In this document: in pieces, positions 1 through 13,990 of the stretch
How the letters are laid out: each line of letters opens with the position of its first letter
Position numbering within the stretch: the stretch's first letter is position 1
Assembly (NCBI RefSeq): GCF_009914755.1
Contig: NC_060926.1
DNA from: the human T2T-CHM13v2.0 reference genome, Homo sapiens
DNA: 64,000 nucleotides
Reading direction: 5' to 3' (one strand)
Notes under the pieces: generated by a model
The model's input: only the letters and a program-made list of their open reading frames with translations
What the model was told of the DNA's origin: nothing
Databases searched by the model: none
Position numbers and translations under genes: made by a program

Positions 1-529
1 TACTCAGTTCCCTGCAGCAGTCTTTGTACCTTGCCTTTGTCCCATCTTCTGATGCAATGGAAAACCCACTGTGGTCTGTCCAACACTGGGGATCTGGTGA
101 AGTGTGTATTCTATGGAAATGCCCTGAGGCGATGGTTTCATTTACTAAGGAAAAGTTTATCTGTGAACTGGGTGTTTTTCCGTCAGAAGGTTCTATGAGA
201 TGCGAATAGATACCTACCCTCCCTGGTATTTTTAGGGCTGGGAAGTGGTGCCTCCCTTGACTAATTCCACTTACCAGGGTTGAAACCAAACTGGATTATT
301 AATTATAGGGACAACAAGTACCTATTTTAAGACCCAGAACTGTGACATGCTTCAGAAGGTTTCTAACTTTCCTCCAGCTTCTGATTTCTATCACCTGGTT
401 GCTTAGCTTTAGCATAATTAGCAGGAAGTGAAGCCAGTTAATTGTTATTGTTTCATATCCTTTGTGAGCCATGCTTTTCTCATCTGTCATAGGGTGAGTT
501 GGGATGGGGAATGTTGAAGAAGATAATCT

Positions 530-730
530 AGTTTTACTGACCTTTATTGAGCATTCACTGTGTGCTAGGCACCGTTCTCAGAATACAGTATCTCCACTTA
601 ATTTCTCATAACTCAGAGGTGGCTGCTGCTCTCACCATTTTACAGATGAAACAGGAGAGGATAACTCACCCAGTGTTTCCAAAGCTATTAAGGGGGAAGA
701 GCTGAGATTTGAACCTAGGAATCTCCAGAA
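530..730 (-). mobile_element. MIR SINE fragment
   Basis: ccattttacagatgaaac...gagctgagatttgaacc MIR core; boundaries approximate. Confidence 0.65.
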
Positions 731-1027
731 TTCAAGTATCTGAGCTCCACAGTTTAAGTCCTGGGGGTGGAGAGAGGAGAGAGCAGCTGGTAGATATTAT
801 CTATTTTTATAATCTTTATTAGAGTTGATCTTCAACATGCTGAACTGGTTACGGAAAGTTAAGGATTTTAGCTAGAAAATCAGTAAAGAAAAGGGGAATG
901 GGATTAAACTGATCTTTTCAAATACTCCTATCTAGCTTTAATCCCAAATGCCAACCAAGTTTCCATTTTTTCTGGGAAAGACTGCTTTCTAAATGCAAAG
1001 CTCTTTCACTATCAGAATGTGTTTTTA

Positions 1028-1322
1028 AGCAGGGAAAACTTTTTTTTGGTAAAGGGCCAGGTAAAAAATATTTTAAACTTTGCAAGCCAGAAGGTTTCTG
1101 TAGCAGCTCCTCATACCTCTTCATTGTAAAGTGGAAGGAGTAAAGTGTAAACAAATGGGCGTGGCTGTGTTCCTAAAAACTTTGACACTCAAGTGTGAAT
1201 GTCATATATCTTGTGTCAGAAAATATTCTCCCCTCCCCCCAACCATTTAAAAGTACAAAATTCATTCTCAGCTTGTGGGCAGTACAGAAACAGGTGGCGA
1301 GCTGAATTGACCCACAGCCTTC
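1028..1322. mobile_element. MER58-like hAT-Charlie DNA transposon remnant
   Basis: cagggaaaacttttt..gtaaagggccaggtaaaaaatatttta resembles the MER58 terminus. Confidence 0.6.
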
Positions 1323-3143
1323 CCAGCTTTTAAGGAAAACAGTCAGCAATGAGCCAGACAAGTGAACAAGATACCGTATTTCGCTTGATAGTGTATGTGT
1401 AAAATAAACCAATAGTCTTTTTAGAAAATTGTTTTATTGATGTGGAAGCAAACTAGGAAATTATGTAGTCCATCATATCCATCATGCATTTTAAAATAAT
1501 GCATTCCTGGAGACTCTTTGGCTCTGAAGAGAATCATCTTTTTTTTTCCCCTCTTACAGATTCTGTAATTAAAAAAAAAAATTCTGTAACAAGGCAGAGA
1601 TCCTAAAATGTTATTAATATTTCACCAGAGTCTTCTGATAAAAGAGAAATTGGAAGTTGTAGATAGCTAAATATGCTATTGGTGAGAGAGGGAGGAAATT
1701 GAAAATAATACTAAAGTACGATCTATGAAATTATCTATAAATTTCACTTATATTTTCATCCCAGCCCCTCACTGTTTCAGGTAATTTCAAATAAACTAAG
1801 AATAGTCTTCCAGTTAAACAGTCAAGCTTGGTACTTTTCTTATTCAACCTTTTTAGGATTTTTATAACCTGGACCTACAAGAAAATAGTACCAAAGAGGC
1901 CTTATTTATAACATGATAAGGTAGGGAACATCTTAAATAAAACTTAAGCTTTATGATGAGTTTAGCTCTCATTTCACTATAAACTTGAACTTCAGCACTG
2001 ACATGTACCAAAGCCTGTGTGTTGCTACTAAAGGACACAGTAAGCTGCCCCCAGAATCAACACCAAACATTAGCTGTCTGTGAAAGCAGCTCACTCTTAA
2101 GATGTTTTAGAAATACGGGGCTGAAGAGATCTGGGATTACTCTAAGTCCAAGCAAGGTGATTAGCATACTTGGGAAATATTTTGAATATAAAAGCAATCA
2201 GACAGAAAGCAGATCAGTGGTTGCCAGTGGCTGGGAGTTGGAGAAGGTATTGGCTCCAGGCTGGTGTGTGGGAATTTTTGAGGGGCTAATGGAAGCATTC
2301 TAAAGCCAATTGGTGGTGATAGTGGCACAATTTTATAAATTGACTAGAAGTCATTGAATTGTACACTTGTAGTGAGTAAACTTTGTCATGTAGAGTATTC
2401 CTTAATAAAGCGGTTTTTTTTTTCTTTTTAAAAAATAACCTGCAATTTTCTATTCTGTCAGAAAAAAGTTTCAAATTTTATAAAGGAGCAGTCTCTATGA
2501 GCTTTTAGAAATGGGCGGCACATGCCTTTGACCATATTTTTGTAGCTCTATGTAGCAGAAATGAAGTGGTACGTATGAATGTATGTTGGGTTTAACAGTC
2601 ACACTCGCTGACCCTGAAAGTTTTATCCGGATGTGAGGAGAGTTTGAATCTAATACAGTGATGAAGGGGAGGGAGGAAAACTTCCAAAAGTGATTTAGGA
2701 AGTCTTGTTAATTTTGCAGTTTTTTAAATGACTTACTAGGGTTTCTAGTTTAGGAGAGTTTGTGATTGCAGTTGGCATCAACCAAGATAGGGAATACAGG
2801 AGGAACAGCATGGAAGCAGGAAGGGCTGATGGTAAACCCTGAGGGAGAGAGTAAATCTGATAGCCCTCTAATCACTAGAGAGATAATAGAATGCAGTGGC
2901 TTGGCCACTTCTGGAAAGTCACAGTCTCTTTAATTCATCTATAAAAGTGAGGTGATAAATACCTACTTTAAAAATTGTCAAAATTAAATGCGGTATGTAA
3001 ATACCAAGTACAGTGTCCCATACAGTGTAGATGCTAAATAATTATTAGGTCTAAGGCAGAGTTCAATATGTTATTCAGGTCCAGAGAAGCCTGATTCAAG
3101 TGTTATATCTTAGTATCTTAGCTTTTTAATGACTGTCCTCCTT

Positions 3144-3454
3144 TGTTTTTTTTTTTTTTTTTGGTTTTTTTGAGACGGAGTCTCATTCTGTGGCCCAGGC
3201 TGGAATGCAGTAGCACAATCTCAGCTCACTGCAAGCTCCGCCTCCTGGGTTCATGCCTTTCTCCTGCCTCAGCCTCCTGAGTAGCTGGGACTACAGGTGC
3301 CCGCCACCATGCCCGGCTAATTTTTTTGTATTTTTAGTAGAGACGGGGTTTCACAGTGTTAGCCAGGATGGTTTCGATCTCCTGACGTCGTGATCCGCCC
3401 ACCTTGGCCTCCCCAAAGGGCCGGGATTACAGGTGTGAGCCACCGCGCCCGGCC
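3144..3454 (-). mobile_element. AluY
   Basis: Full Alu dimer, AluY-type gtgttagccaggatgg, TSD tgtcctcctt. Confidence 0.92.
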
Positions 3455-3477
3455 TTTGTCCTCCTTAAATAAGTGGC

Positions 3478-3767
3478 TGTCTTAGTTCCTTCTGGCTGCT
3501 CTAACAGGGTACTATAGACTGTATGGCTTATAAACAACAAATTTATTTCTCCCAGTTCTAGAGGCCAGGAAGTCCAACATAAGATTCAATGTCTGTTGAT
3601 GGTACCTTTTAGCTTCGTCCTCACATGGTGGAAAGGAGCAGGCAGCTCTCTGGGACCCTTTTATAAGGATAGTAATCCCATTTTTGAGGGCTCTGTGCTT
3701 GTGACCTAATCACCTGGTAATATCACATATGTATGGTGGGGGCTACACAAACATTGAGACCATAGCA
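3478..3767 (-). mobile_element. MaLR LTR (MLT1A/MST-like)
   Basis: tgtcttagtt...ggctgct...aacattgagaccatagca termini. Confidence 0.75.
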
Positions 3768-4980
3768 GTGGCATTTTAATGGATGTCAGCCTCTTGAGAG
3801 TTTGAATAGTGTCAGTGTTAGGTTGAGTTTCTAACCCTGCAAAGGCCAGGGCTACCTCTTGGAGCCTAAGGACCCTACAGAGGTTTTTCTACTTCCTAAA
3901 GACCTTTGACAGCAAGTGATGTTTTGCTTGCTTCTGCTAGATCCTGTGGCATTCTAACTTATCTTTCTTAGCAAACAAAAACTACATTCTACAGTTCTAT
4001 ATGTATAATTCTCTATAAATGGCAACCACAACTAGGAATAGTGTAACATAAGGTTTTGCTCAGATATTTTTGGTCTTGGTAATGAATCATATAATTGAAT
4101 CCAGTAAAAATACTTGGGTAAAGAGAAAAAATAGATGGAATCAGGGGAAAAAGGCATGTTAAATGTATTTACCCTCAGTAGGAAATGATCACAGTAGTTT
4201 TTAGCCAAGGATAAAATGATGTAGGCAGAAGGCATAGGGAAAGTTCACTTTGAAGTCCAGCGCATTTACCACAACCGTATGGTGTCACAGTGGTCAATGT
4301 AGATACAGGTAGTTACTCTCCCATTACGGTTGAAATAAATTACAACATGAATATTGTATTTAAAAGTCTTAAGGGAAATTGGCTTTAAAATAATGAATCC
4401 CAGACCCCTAGCTGGAGGTTACAAATGACTGCACAAATACTAGTCTTCAAAGACATACAGAATCTGAGGCCTATACCTCAACGGCTGAGACTCCAAAACC
4501 TTGCTGTTGATTCCCTTCTGTTAATGATCAAGATTCAGAAACATGACCAAACTTAACTGCTCACAGGTTTGTTGAGTGTTTTATTTATATCAGGAGTCAT
4601 ACATTCAAATATTGGTTCAAGGACCAAAGAGGTGAAGTAATTGTGTGAAGCAAAGTGGAGACTGAGCAAATAAAATGGCCTGGTGAGGGTTAGGGGGTGC
4701 AGGTCACTTGTAGTCAGTTGTTGCCATAGGAGAATATGTGCCCTCCCCATTGTTAAAAAGAAATCCAAACTACAGGCTCTTTAATGAGATCTTCCAAATT
4801 TTAAATGTCATCTCAACTTTTTAAAATGAAGATTAAAAACTGTGTGACCCAAATAAAACAGACATGTCCACATATGTTTTTTAGGGAAGGATTTTTGTAT
4901 CTGTTCACTGCTGTATTCCTAGGCTACCAAATGAATTCAGCCTGTAGGCCTCGAATTTGCAACTTCTGACTTATATGTAA

Positions 4981-5291
<311 letters not shown>

Positions 5292-6102
5292 AAGTGTTGT
5301 ATTCTTAATCATCTGGAAAAAAATAATGCGGTAATCTTAAAGGCTGAAATAAGGCAATAAGTGTTTCCTTTTGTTGTTTTATAGAAATGTAATTAGAAAG
5401 TTAAATATTATAGCTTAAGTCTGTGTTTTAGTGCAAGGTTCATTGTGATGCTTGTTAATATGCTGGTTTTCCTTTTACTAGCTGCACATTGTCATTATAT
5501 TCACCATTTGTTTTTTATTCCCTATTAAACTTTCATAATGTTTAAGGGGAGTCATAATGATTTTTGTGATAACATTTCTAGTGACATTAAGACCGCCTAA
5601 TGGCTGGGGAAGTTCATAGACCTAGAAGGAATGGAATTTCCTTTTAAATTTGTAATGGAATTCCCCCAATCTTAAGACAACAGTAGATTCTCATTATGAA
5701 CATGCATTCTGGATTTTTTTTTCCACAGTGGCAGTTACATTAGCTCTGCATGCCATTGGAAAGATGTATAATAAATATTTAAAACACAGGCGCTGATAAC
5801 TATACCTGAGAATAAATTATGTTTTAAATTAAAACTGTGGTATATTCTTGACTATATCTAGATCTTTAAGAATACTGTTTAGGATAATTAGTTATGATGG
5901 ATTTAAGAACTTGCATATAGTAACTTCCCTAACTTTTGAATGTTATAAAGTGTTACCCTAGTTTCAGACATATGTTTCAAACTTACATCTTTTCAGTGTT
6001 TCAGCACTTTTATGATTTATTGAATCAGTAAGATTTCTTAAAGATAATCAAGTTATGTATGGGAAAGCTTATCTTTCCCTTATTCTGTTCTCATTGCTTT
6101 AG

Positions 6103-6163
6103 CCTTATGCCAGCCTGGACCATCTTGGAGGCAGTGTAGGATCATGGAAGAACTTTGAATTAG
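6103..6163 (+). other. YPEL5: Probable non-coding (5'-UTR) cassette exon of YPEL5, partly MIR-derived
   Basis: Long pyrimidine tract then ttttag acceptor (6101-6102); donor TAG|gtgaat at 6164; lies 718 bp upstream of the ATG exon. Confidence 0.6.
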
Positions 6164-6330
6164 GTGAATTGCATTCTGTACTTTTCTGTAGTTAACAGCT
6201 TTGTAACCTTTGACCAGTTAATAACCTTTTTAGCCTTGACTTGGATGATCTGTGAAGTGATGGTAACAACCTCACAGAGCTGTGACAATTTTGAAATAAG
6301 TACCTAGTAACAGTGCTCCCTAGACATTGA
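6128..6330 (+). mobile_element. Degenerate MIR overlapping the putative 5'-UTR exon donor
   Basis: gaggcagtgtagg...ctttgtaacctttgaccagttaataacct...atctgtgaagtg...acctcacagagctgtga follows the MIR layout. Confidence 0.55.
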
Positions 6331-6904
6331 CTTAAAGTTAGTCATCACCTCTATAGTTGTAGATGCACCTGGTGATCACAGACCTACTCACTCTGTGTTC
6401 TCAAACCAGACTACTCTCTTCTTGTTTTCTAATTGCCCCTTTATCTACTTGTATCCCACTGAAACCTCACAATTCTTTTCTGAAATTATACATGCTCAGA
6501 ACGTATACTTAACATTTATGCTAAACCTTTTTTCTCACCTCTCTGCCAGTGCTTTACATCATTCATTTTCTGAAATTCCACTTTCCATTTTCTTTTTCCA
6601 CACCAGCCATAAGAGAAGTGACACTATTCTTTGGCCTTGGCTAATAGGTTTACTTCCTTGGCTCACTGCTTTAAAATCTTCTTAGCTTAGGCATGCCTGT
6701 TTATTTGTTCAGTGTGTGAACTTTGGATCTTTTTGTTCAGGATCAGCTATTTCACACATCGAGTACTACAAAGCAGAGATTACATAAATACGTATACAAA
6801 TTGTTCTCTATGACACCCCCCAAGTAGGTGCTAACATGATTATTATAATGCATTTGTTATCCTTTTCTATTTGCTCCTAGGTTTTTAGAACTTCAGCCAT
6901 AAAA

Positions 6905-7045
6905 ATGGGCAGAATTTTCCTTGATCATATCGGTGGTACCCGTCTGTTTTCTTGTGCAAACTGTGATACGATCCTGACCAACCGCTCAGAACTCATCTCC
7001 ACTCGTTTCACAGGCGCCACTGGCAGAGCATTTCTTTTTAACAAG
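6905..7045 (+). CDS. YPEL5: YPEL5 (yippee-like 5) first coding exon; full exon 6881-7045, encodes [47 protein letters not shown]
   Basis: Acceptor ttgctcctag ends at 6880; ATG at 6905 in aaaATGg context; 47 codons with the first Yippee CxxC (CANC); donor AAG|gttagt at 7046. Joins phase 0 to 8872. Confidence 0.97.
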
Positions 7046-7255
7046 GTTAGTGAGAAAAAGTTTGATTCCTAAGTGGGCTTATTGGCTGTATTTGACAGCA
7101 ACACCAGAATACCCCCTCAGAGCTTAGAGATACCAGGAAGAGTCAGAATGAGAGCTTGAAATCTACAGAAATGATTGCCCACTAGCTCGTCTTTGATGGG
7201 ACCTTAGGAAGGTGTTACTAGGATGTGATTTTAACCTTGGAAGTTTGAAGAAGTA

Positions 7256-7576
<321 letters not shown>

Positions 7577-8871
7577 TCAGGAAATGTTCAGTGTAAGAAT
7601 TTGGTAGCAACTTCAGCACAGACTATGGAAGGAACAGGTCAAGATACCCACCTCCCTTTCTCCACATGTCACTGGTTTATCCATATAGGGAGATGGTGGC
7701 GTTAAACTATTATAACTTGACAGCGAATAACGATCATCTAACCAACTTTTCATGCTCTAATTCATGCTCACCAATCATCCTTCCATGGATTTGCTGACAG
7801 GAAGAGTGTTTTTCTGATTTGCAAGTGTGTGCCCAGTCTGCCTGTCTCTCTAATTTCTGGCTTGCTTTCAAATTGGATGCCGTGATTCTGCCTCCCGGAA
7901 TCTGGTATATAATAGAAAAGTTGAATTTCCAAGTATTTTAGGCTAAGGAACATAGCTAGTCTAGGGTACTGTTCTTAGAAGATCAGATGAACTTCCCCAG
8001 TGGGCACTCCTCTGTTCCATGTAGAAGCAGCTTTTCTCAGAATTGATGGCTCATACTCTTTGACATTTATTTTGGTACAGAGGAGGGCACACTGCAGCAG
8101 GACAGCTGCCTGTTTTGGTAAATGTAATGGAACACAGCTCTGCTTGTGCATTACGTATTGTCTACAGCTTCTTTCATGCTACAGTGCCAGAGTTAAAAAG
8201 TTGCAGCAAAGACCACATAGCCGTCAAAGCCAGAAATATGTACTATCTGGCCCTTTACAGAAAAGGAAAGTGTAGAAGATTGTTGGGTATTCAGAATCAG
8301 TGGAAATTCGTTACACATTGTCTCAGACCCACTTCATTGTGTTCATTGTCTTTGAATTCACTTTAAAACTATGTACTGCAGATGTATGGTCTTTAGTAGG
8401 CTTAATCTGTCCCAGTCTATATATACAGTATATTTTCAGAAACAAACTGACAGACTGTTTTATGGAATAACTATGGTGCATTAGGTTCTTTTACATGGAT
8501 TGTATTATTTGCACTCATCATTGAATAATGATGAATTACTACAACTGGACCCAAACCTACATTTTATGGCTCCGATTCCAGGACTTTTTCTTACCTGCAA
8601 CACAGAAATGTAACTAGTATGTTTAAATAGTGTGACTTAGGCTAGTACGGTAGTGCATGATTGCATTAGATGTCTAGTGTAGTGCAATTTCCAGATGTCT
8701 GCCTGCCCCAGCAGCTTCTAATAAATAAGTCTTGCGTATTATAGGTTTGACTAAACTAACAAGTTCTTTCTCCTTTTCTGAAGTTGCTGTTGCATTAACC
8801 ATAATATTTTGTACATACTTGGCAAATAACTAACATGCCTTGCAATTTTGATTTTCCTTGTCCCTTGTTAG

Positions 8872-9096
8872 GTAGTTAACCTGCAGTACAGCGAAGTTCA
8901 AGATCGGGTCATGCTCACTGGCCGCCACATGGTTCGAGATGTGAGCTGCAAAAACTGCAATAGCAAACTGGGATGGATCTATGAGTTTGCCACTGAAGAC
9001 AGCCAGCGATATAAGGAAGGCCGCGTGATCCTGGAACGTGCTCTAGTTCGAGAGAGTGAGGGCTTTGAGGAGCATGTACCATCTGATAACTCTTGA
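8872..9096 (+). CDS. YPEL5: YPEL5 last coding exon ([38 protein letters not shown]...HVPSDNS*)
   Basis: Polypyrimidine tract and ag at 8870-8871; branch-point-like CTAAC at 8830-8834; second CxxC (CKNC) and LGWxY Yippee motif; 47+74 = 121 aa, as expected for YPEL5. Confidence 0.97.
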
Positions 9097-10790
9097 AGAT
9101 ACAGAGAGAAATCCATCTTTTCCCAGGTCTCCTTCACTGAAAACAAAAATCTACTTACATACACTGTCACCTTAGCATCAGAGTCGGATTAATGAACTGC
9201 GGAACAAGAGGTTGTGAGAATCTAAGATGGAACCTTTCTTTCTTTCTTTCTTTTTTTTTAAATTTTGTATTTTCCATCCAACAGCAGTGTGTAGAGAGAA
9301 TATTATGCAGATGCCGTTAATTTTTTACCCTATGTTTACATCTTGAGGCAGCAGAGTCTGTCTGCAGCTATGTGGTGAGCTATGTAAGGAAAAAAATCTG
9401 GGCTGTTAGAGTGAAAAAGTGTGTTTTATGTCAATTGTGAAAGGAAAATGTTAGGAGTATGGTTTTTAAACTTGGGCTTCATTTTAAACTTTTTTTTTTA
9501 AACCCAGTTATTTCACTTGATTTGCTAGCTTCAGAGAAGAGATCCGAATCTGTGCCCAGCGCTAAAGGCTCAGTGTTAGCATGGCTTGTGCTGGCCGGTG
9601 TGCCATATTCTTGTTGGAGATGAACCGTAGCACCAGAGCCCATTCTTCCTTGTCAGTCTTGGCCCAAAGATGTCACCATTCCTAGTTATTTGTCACCACA
9701 TAATTGGTGTTGATTGGAAACTTTTTCTGAGATGGGACAGAACTGCTGGGTTGTCTTTTTCCATGTAACTTAAGCATAGTAATATAAATAAAGTAATAGT
9801 TGGATGCTTTTGGTCCTGTGTTGCTTTTAAAAACACCTTATAAAAGAGGAGAGTATTTGATAAGCAATTTTCATAGTAGTAAAGTTTTTTTTCATCTCTT
9901 AAACTAAATTGACCATGCATATAATATTCTTTGTTTAAATGAAAGCATACTGTTGAAACCCGCAGTGTTGCATTTAGAAAACAGTTGAACAGAATGTCAA
10001 TGTGCATTCATGCAAAAAAACATTTAATCTGCATCTGTTTTAGAAAAGGGGGAAATGAAGCAACTTGTCTAAAAATACTGCTTTACAAAGCATTTCAGCC
10101 TTTCCCCCTCAGTTTTGCATTGATTTTTTGACAAGTCTGTAGAGCCTAATAGTTTCCATCAAAGGCCTAGATCTCTTATTTAGCATTTTTTTCAGCTCTT
10201 CTCTCAGAAGTTCAGCTGTTGAAACGAAAACTGTACTTTGTACCCTCACATACAAAGGGATCAAATTTGACCTGGTGTTATTTTAGCCCCAAATTTATGA
10301 CATTACACAATATTAAAATGTAAATGTTTCTTTACCCAAACTACTTCTAGATATTCTAGTATTTGCTTCTGGTGGAATTAAATGACGGTAAAATTGGCTA
10401 ATTATTTGAATGAATGAATGGATGGATGTTTTGCATGCTCAATTTCTAGGTCCTTTGTCTAGAAAGGAAATTTGCCTCAGTTGAATTAGTGAAATATTTC
10501 TGTCGTTGATATTAAAAGTGACTTCTGAGTACAGTTAAGTTCCTCCTATTTGCCACTGGGCTGTTGGTTAGAAGCATAGGTAACTGATTAAGTAGGTATG
10601 ATACTGCATTTGAAATAAGTGGACACAAACTATCCTTTCTCCACCATGGACTCAATCTGAGAACAACAGCATTCATTTCCATTCATTTCCATACTGGCTT
10701 TTGATTATATGCAGATTCCTAGTAGCATGCCTTACCTACAGCACTATGTGCATTTGCTGTCACAATAAAGTATATTTTGTCTTGCATTGA
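9097..10790 (+). other. YPEL5: YPEL5 3' UTR
   Basis: Repeat-free AT-rich stretch after the stop codon, ending just after AATAAA at 10764; 3' end approximate. Confidence 0.85.
10764..10769 (+). terminator. Polyadenylation signal AATAAA of YPEL5
   Basis: Canonical hexamer followed by U/GU-rich sequence at the end of the repeat-free 3' block. Confidence 0.8.
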
Positions 10791-12196
10791 TGCAGTACTG
10801 CTGCTTATTTTCCACTGATCTTGTCTAGTGATCATCTTAATTTTTATCTCTGAACACATACTTGGTATCTTTGAGTACCTGTAGCTTTCTTCATTTGGCA
10901 ATGATAGTGATGTCTGACTTGATTAACTGCCTAATTCACACATGAAGACATTGACTTTGCCAGTATTAACTTCTCTGAGATCATTTTGCCTTAGATACTG
11001 ATAACTATAGTTCAGTATATATAAACAAAAAAATTTCATATTACTAGGTTAACTTTTAGGTAACTGGCAGGTACCAGCAGCAAGCTCCTCTGTGCCTTTT
11101 AAAAACTTCCATTTGCAAAAAAAAAAAAAATATATATTGGAAGGTCTACTTTGGATTATTTACAGAAAACCATTGTTATTTTGAGATGGGGATACTAATT
11201 AATAGGAATGATTTTTGCTTTGGGGTGGGAGAGTTAAACAAGTAGAGGTGAACTTAGAACTAAGTAGGTTACTGAGGAATATACAGATTTAAGCTTTTTT
11301 TCCCCTGACCGAAGAGGAAAATTCTTCCTCTTAGTCTTAGGTGACAGTAACCGTAAGTTGTTTTGATCTTAAAGTGCTTTTATTTAGACTCTCAAGTGAA
11401 CATTCCTGGTAAAAATAATTTTAGTAATTATGTGAAGATTTAAGTTACAGTTAGGAGTTGTTACTTTGGGATTGGAGGAGAAAAATATCAGTACCATCTG
11501 TTTCCTAAATTTGCCTACTCATAAAGTCATATAGGATGTTTAAATCAGAGTCTGGGCCCAAGCCCAGGCTTAAGTCAGTCAACAGGTAATTTTTGGTGGG
11601 GCAGAATTAAGAAACTACCAGTTGTAAAATATTCAGACATGTTTATGATGATTCATTTCTAAACATCAGTTATAAAAAAATCTCAGTTTAAACAGATATC
11701 CACTAATTGTTCATCTGTTTAACACCTGTTTCCTACCAGGAGCCATATAAATTTACTTCTAATCTGTGTGAGTTGGGAATAAAGCAAGATTAAACTGAAG
11801 GATTCTTATCAGGCTAGCACGTTGCACTGATAAGATCTATTATAGGAAGAAAGCAGAACTAAGCAGAAATTAGGGTGGATATTCTAAGTTGGGTGTTAAT
11901 TGTATGGCTTATTTTAAAATATTGGGCTTCTCAAATTGAAATTTCTGTGGTAAAGCATAAAATACACATTCCAAAGCATCGTTCAGGGTTGTATAATCCT
12001 AGGCATCACTTTACATATTTAGGTTTTAAAAATCATCTGCAGCATAACCACCTGGGAGGCTTGTTAAACATGTCAATTATGTTCTCATTCCCTTCCCCAG
12101 TACTGAATGGGTCTCGGGTGGAGCCAAAAATCCAGTTTTTTTTTTTTGTTTTTTTGTTTTTTTGTTTTGCCAAACTCCAAAAGTAACATGTTTCTT

Positions 12197-12435
12197 TGAT
12201 ACTGTGAAATACGTATTTGGTCTCCTGGTCTTCGTCTCCATTTCCTAGCAATACAATCCCTAAAATCCTTGGAATTTTCAAATGATTATCTTTTTGTATG
12301 CTAATATTGACTGATAGCCAGGGTAGAGCTGGTCACGGGAAAGATACAGGCATGATTAAAGGTGAGGTGCTTTCAGCCTCACAGAGCAACCTCCCGGGAG
12401 GGGAAAGGGGCTGCAGGTCAAGTTGATTACCGATT
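12197..12435 (+). mobile_element. MER21-like LTR fragment
   Basis: tgatactgtgaaata..atttggtct...aaaatccttggaat...tttttgtatgctaat resembles the MER21 5' end. Confidence 0.6.
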
Positions 12436-12469
12436 GCTATCAGACAGGTGGGATTTGCTAGAAGGGCCC

Positions 12470-13400
12470 TGGCTTAGAAAGGTGGACAAGAAAAATGATG
12501 GAAATGTGATGGGTCAGAAACCTTTGATTCCTGGGTGGCCACATGGCCACCCATGGTATAGAGCTGCAGCTGCACTCAGTTACTACCAGTAAAATTTAGA
12601 GATAGATCCAACTCGTAGAGAGGTGATTGACTGGATGCATAAGGAAATGCAAGCTAATAAGAAAAGTGAACTCTACAATCCCTTGGTTATTATCTATAAT
12701 AGCTAAAATGAAACAGAGTGCTGGGTCCAACTTTGATGCTGCACCAAGCTTAGGTTTCAGGCTGAGCTTCAGCCACTAGCCTCAGAGCTACCCACAAGGG
12801 CAAAGTTAAGCAGCAACAACAAAATACCTCTCAGATCTGTGGTTACCAAGAAGGTAGTCAATGTCGGGGAAAGGCAAAACCAAGTAACTTGAAACCAGAA
12901 GGTATAATGTACAAGGATTTGTTACATTTCATAGATCCATATCATTAGTTTCCTGAGGAACCTTTACTAAAATGGACTATGAGAGTAATTTAGGGGCAGT
13001 ATCTTTTGTTTTAAATGCTGCAGAATGGAAGAAATGTTTGGGTTGATGGAGGACCCACAGCTCACTATTGAAAGATTGCAGATGGCTAAACATGATCCAG
13101 ACACATAGGAGGTTATTCTTGAGGAACAGCTAGTCTGGGGGACTGGATTTAAAAAGCCACTGTAAGATCTGTTTACCCTGAGAATGGGGACTGTCCAACT
13201 TCCCCTATAAATGCCAAGCAGAACACCCAAGATAAAGCAGCTAATATACTTCATGTGCAAGCCATGTGGGACTGGCTTATGATGACCCCGATAGTCACCC
13301 ACCATGTATGCCCATTACCCGTGTCATGGCCAGTGCTATAGTTAAGAGAGCCCCATTTTCATGGGCACCTCATACAACCTTGCTGCTACAAAACATCTGC
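12470..13400 (+). mobile_element. Degenerate ERV internal (gag-like) fragment following the MER21-like LTR
   Basis: Broken frames including MGQKPLIPGWPHGHPWY, reminiscent of ancient ERV gag N-termini; sits directly 3' of an LTR; many stops. Confidence 0.5.
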
Positions 13401-13680
13401 TAATACATGAGAATCATTATTCAAAGGGTTATTGAAAATACAGTTGTGGTATGTTACCACCTGATAAAAGCCTATGTCACAAGAGGCTGATAGGCTAAGA
13501 AGTATGGGTAAGAAAAAAAAAAACAGATTAATATGGCTTTCCATCTGCTTTAAAAAGTATCTTAAAATGGATTAATACACCAATTAGATAAACTGGCTTT
13601 AAGGAGCAGAAGAGTCCCTGGGAAAGAGGCATCTAGTTTCTGGGAAGACTGCTACATGTAAAATATAAAGACATATCTTC

Positions 13681-13990
<310 letters not shown>

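Noticed and set aside
8868-8877. AG|GTAGTT at the last acceptor as a recursive splice site or alternative AG 4 nt downstream
   Set aside because: Weak donor match, the intron is short, and the +4 AG would frameshift a conserved protein; no further support.
8911-9096. 61-aa ORF as a stand-alone gene
   Set aside because: It is the internal-Met portion of the last YPEL5 exon; the true exon starts at 8872.
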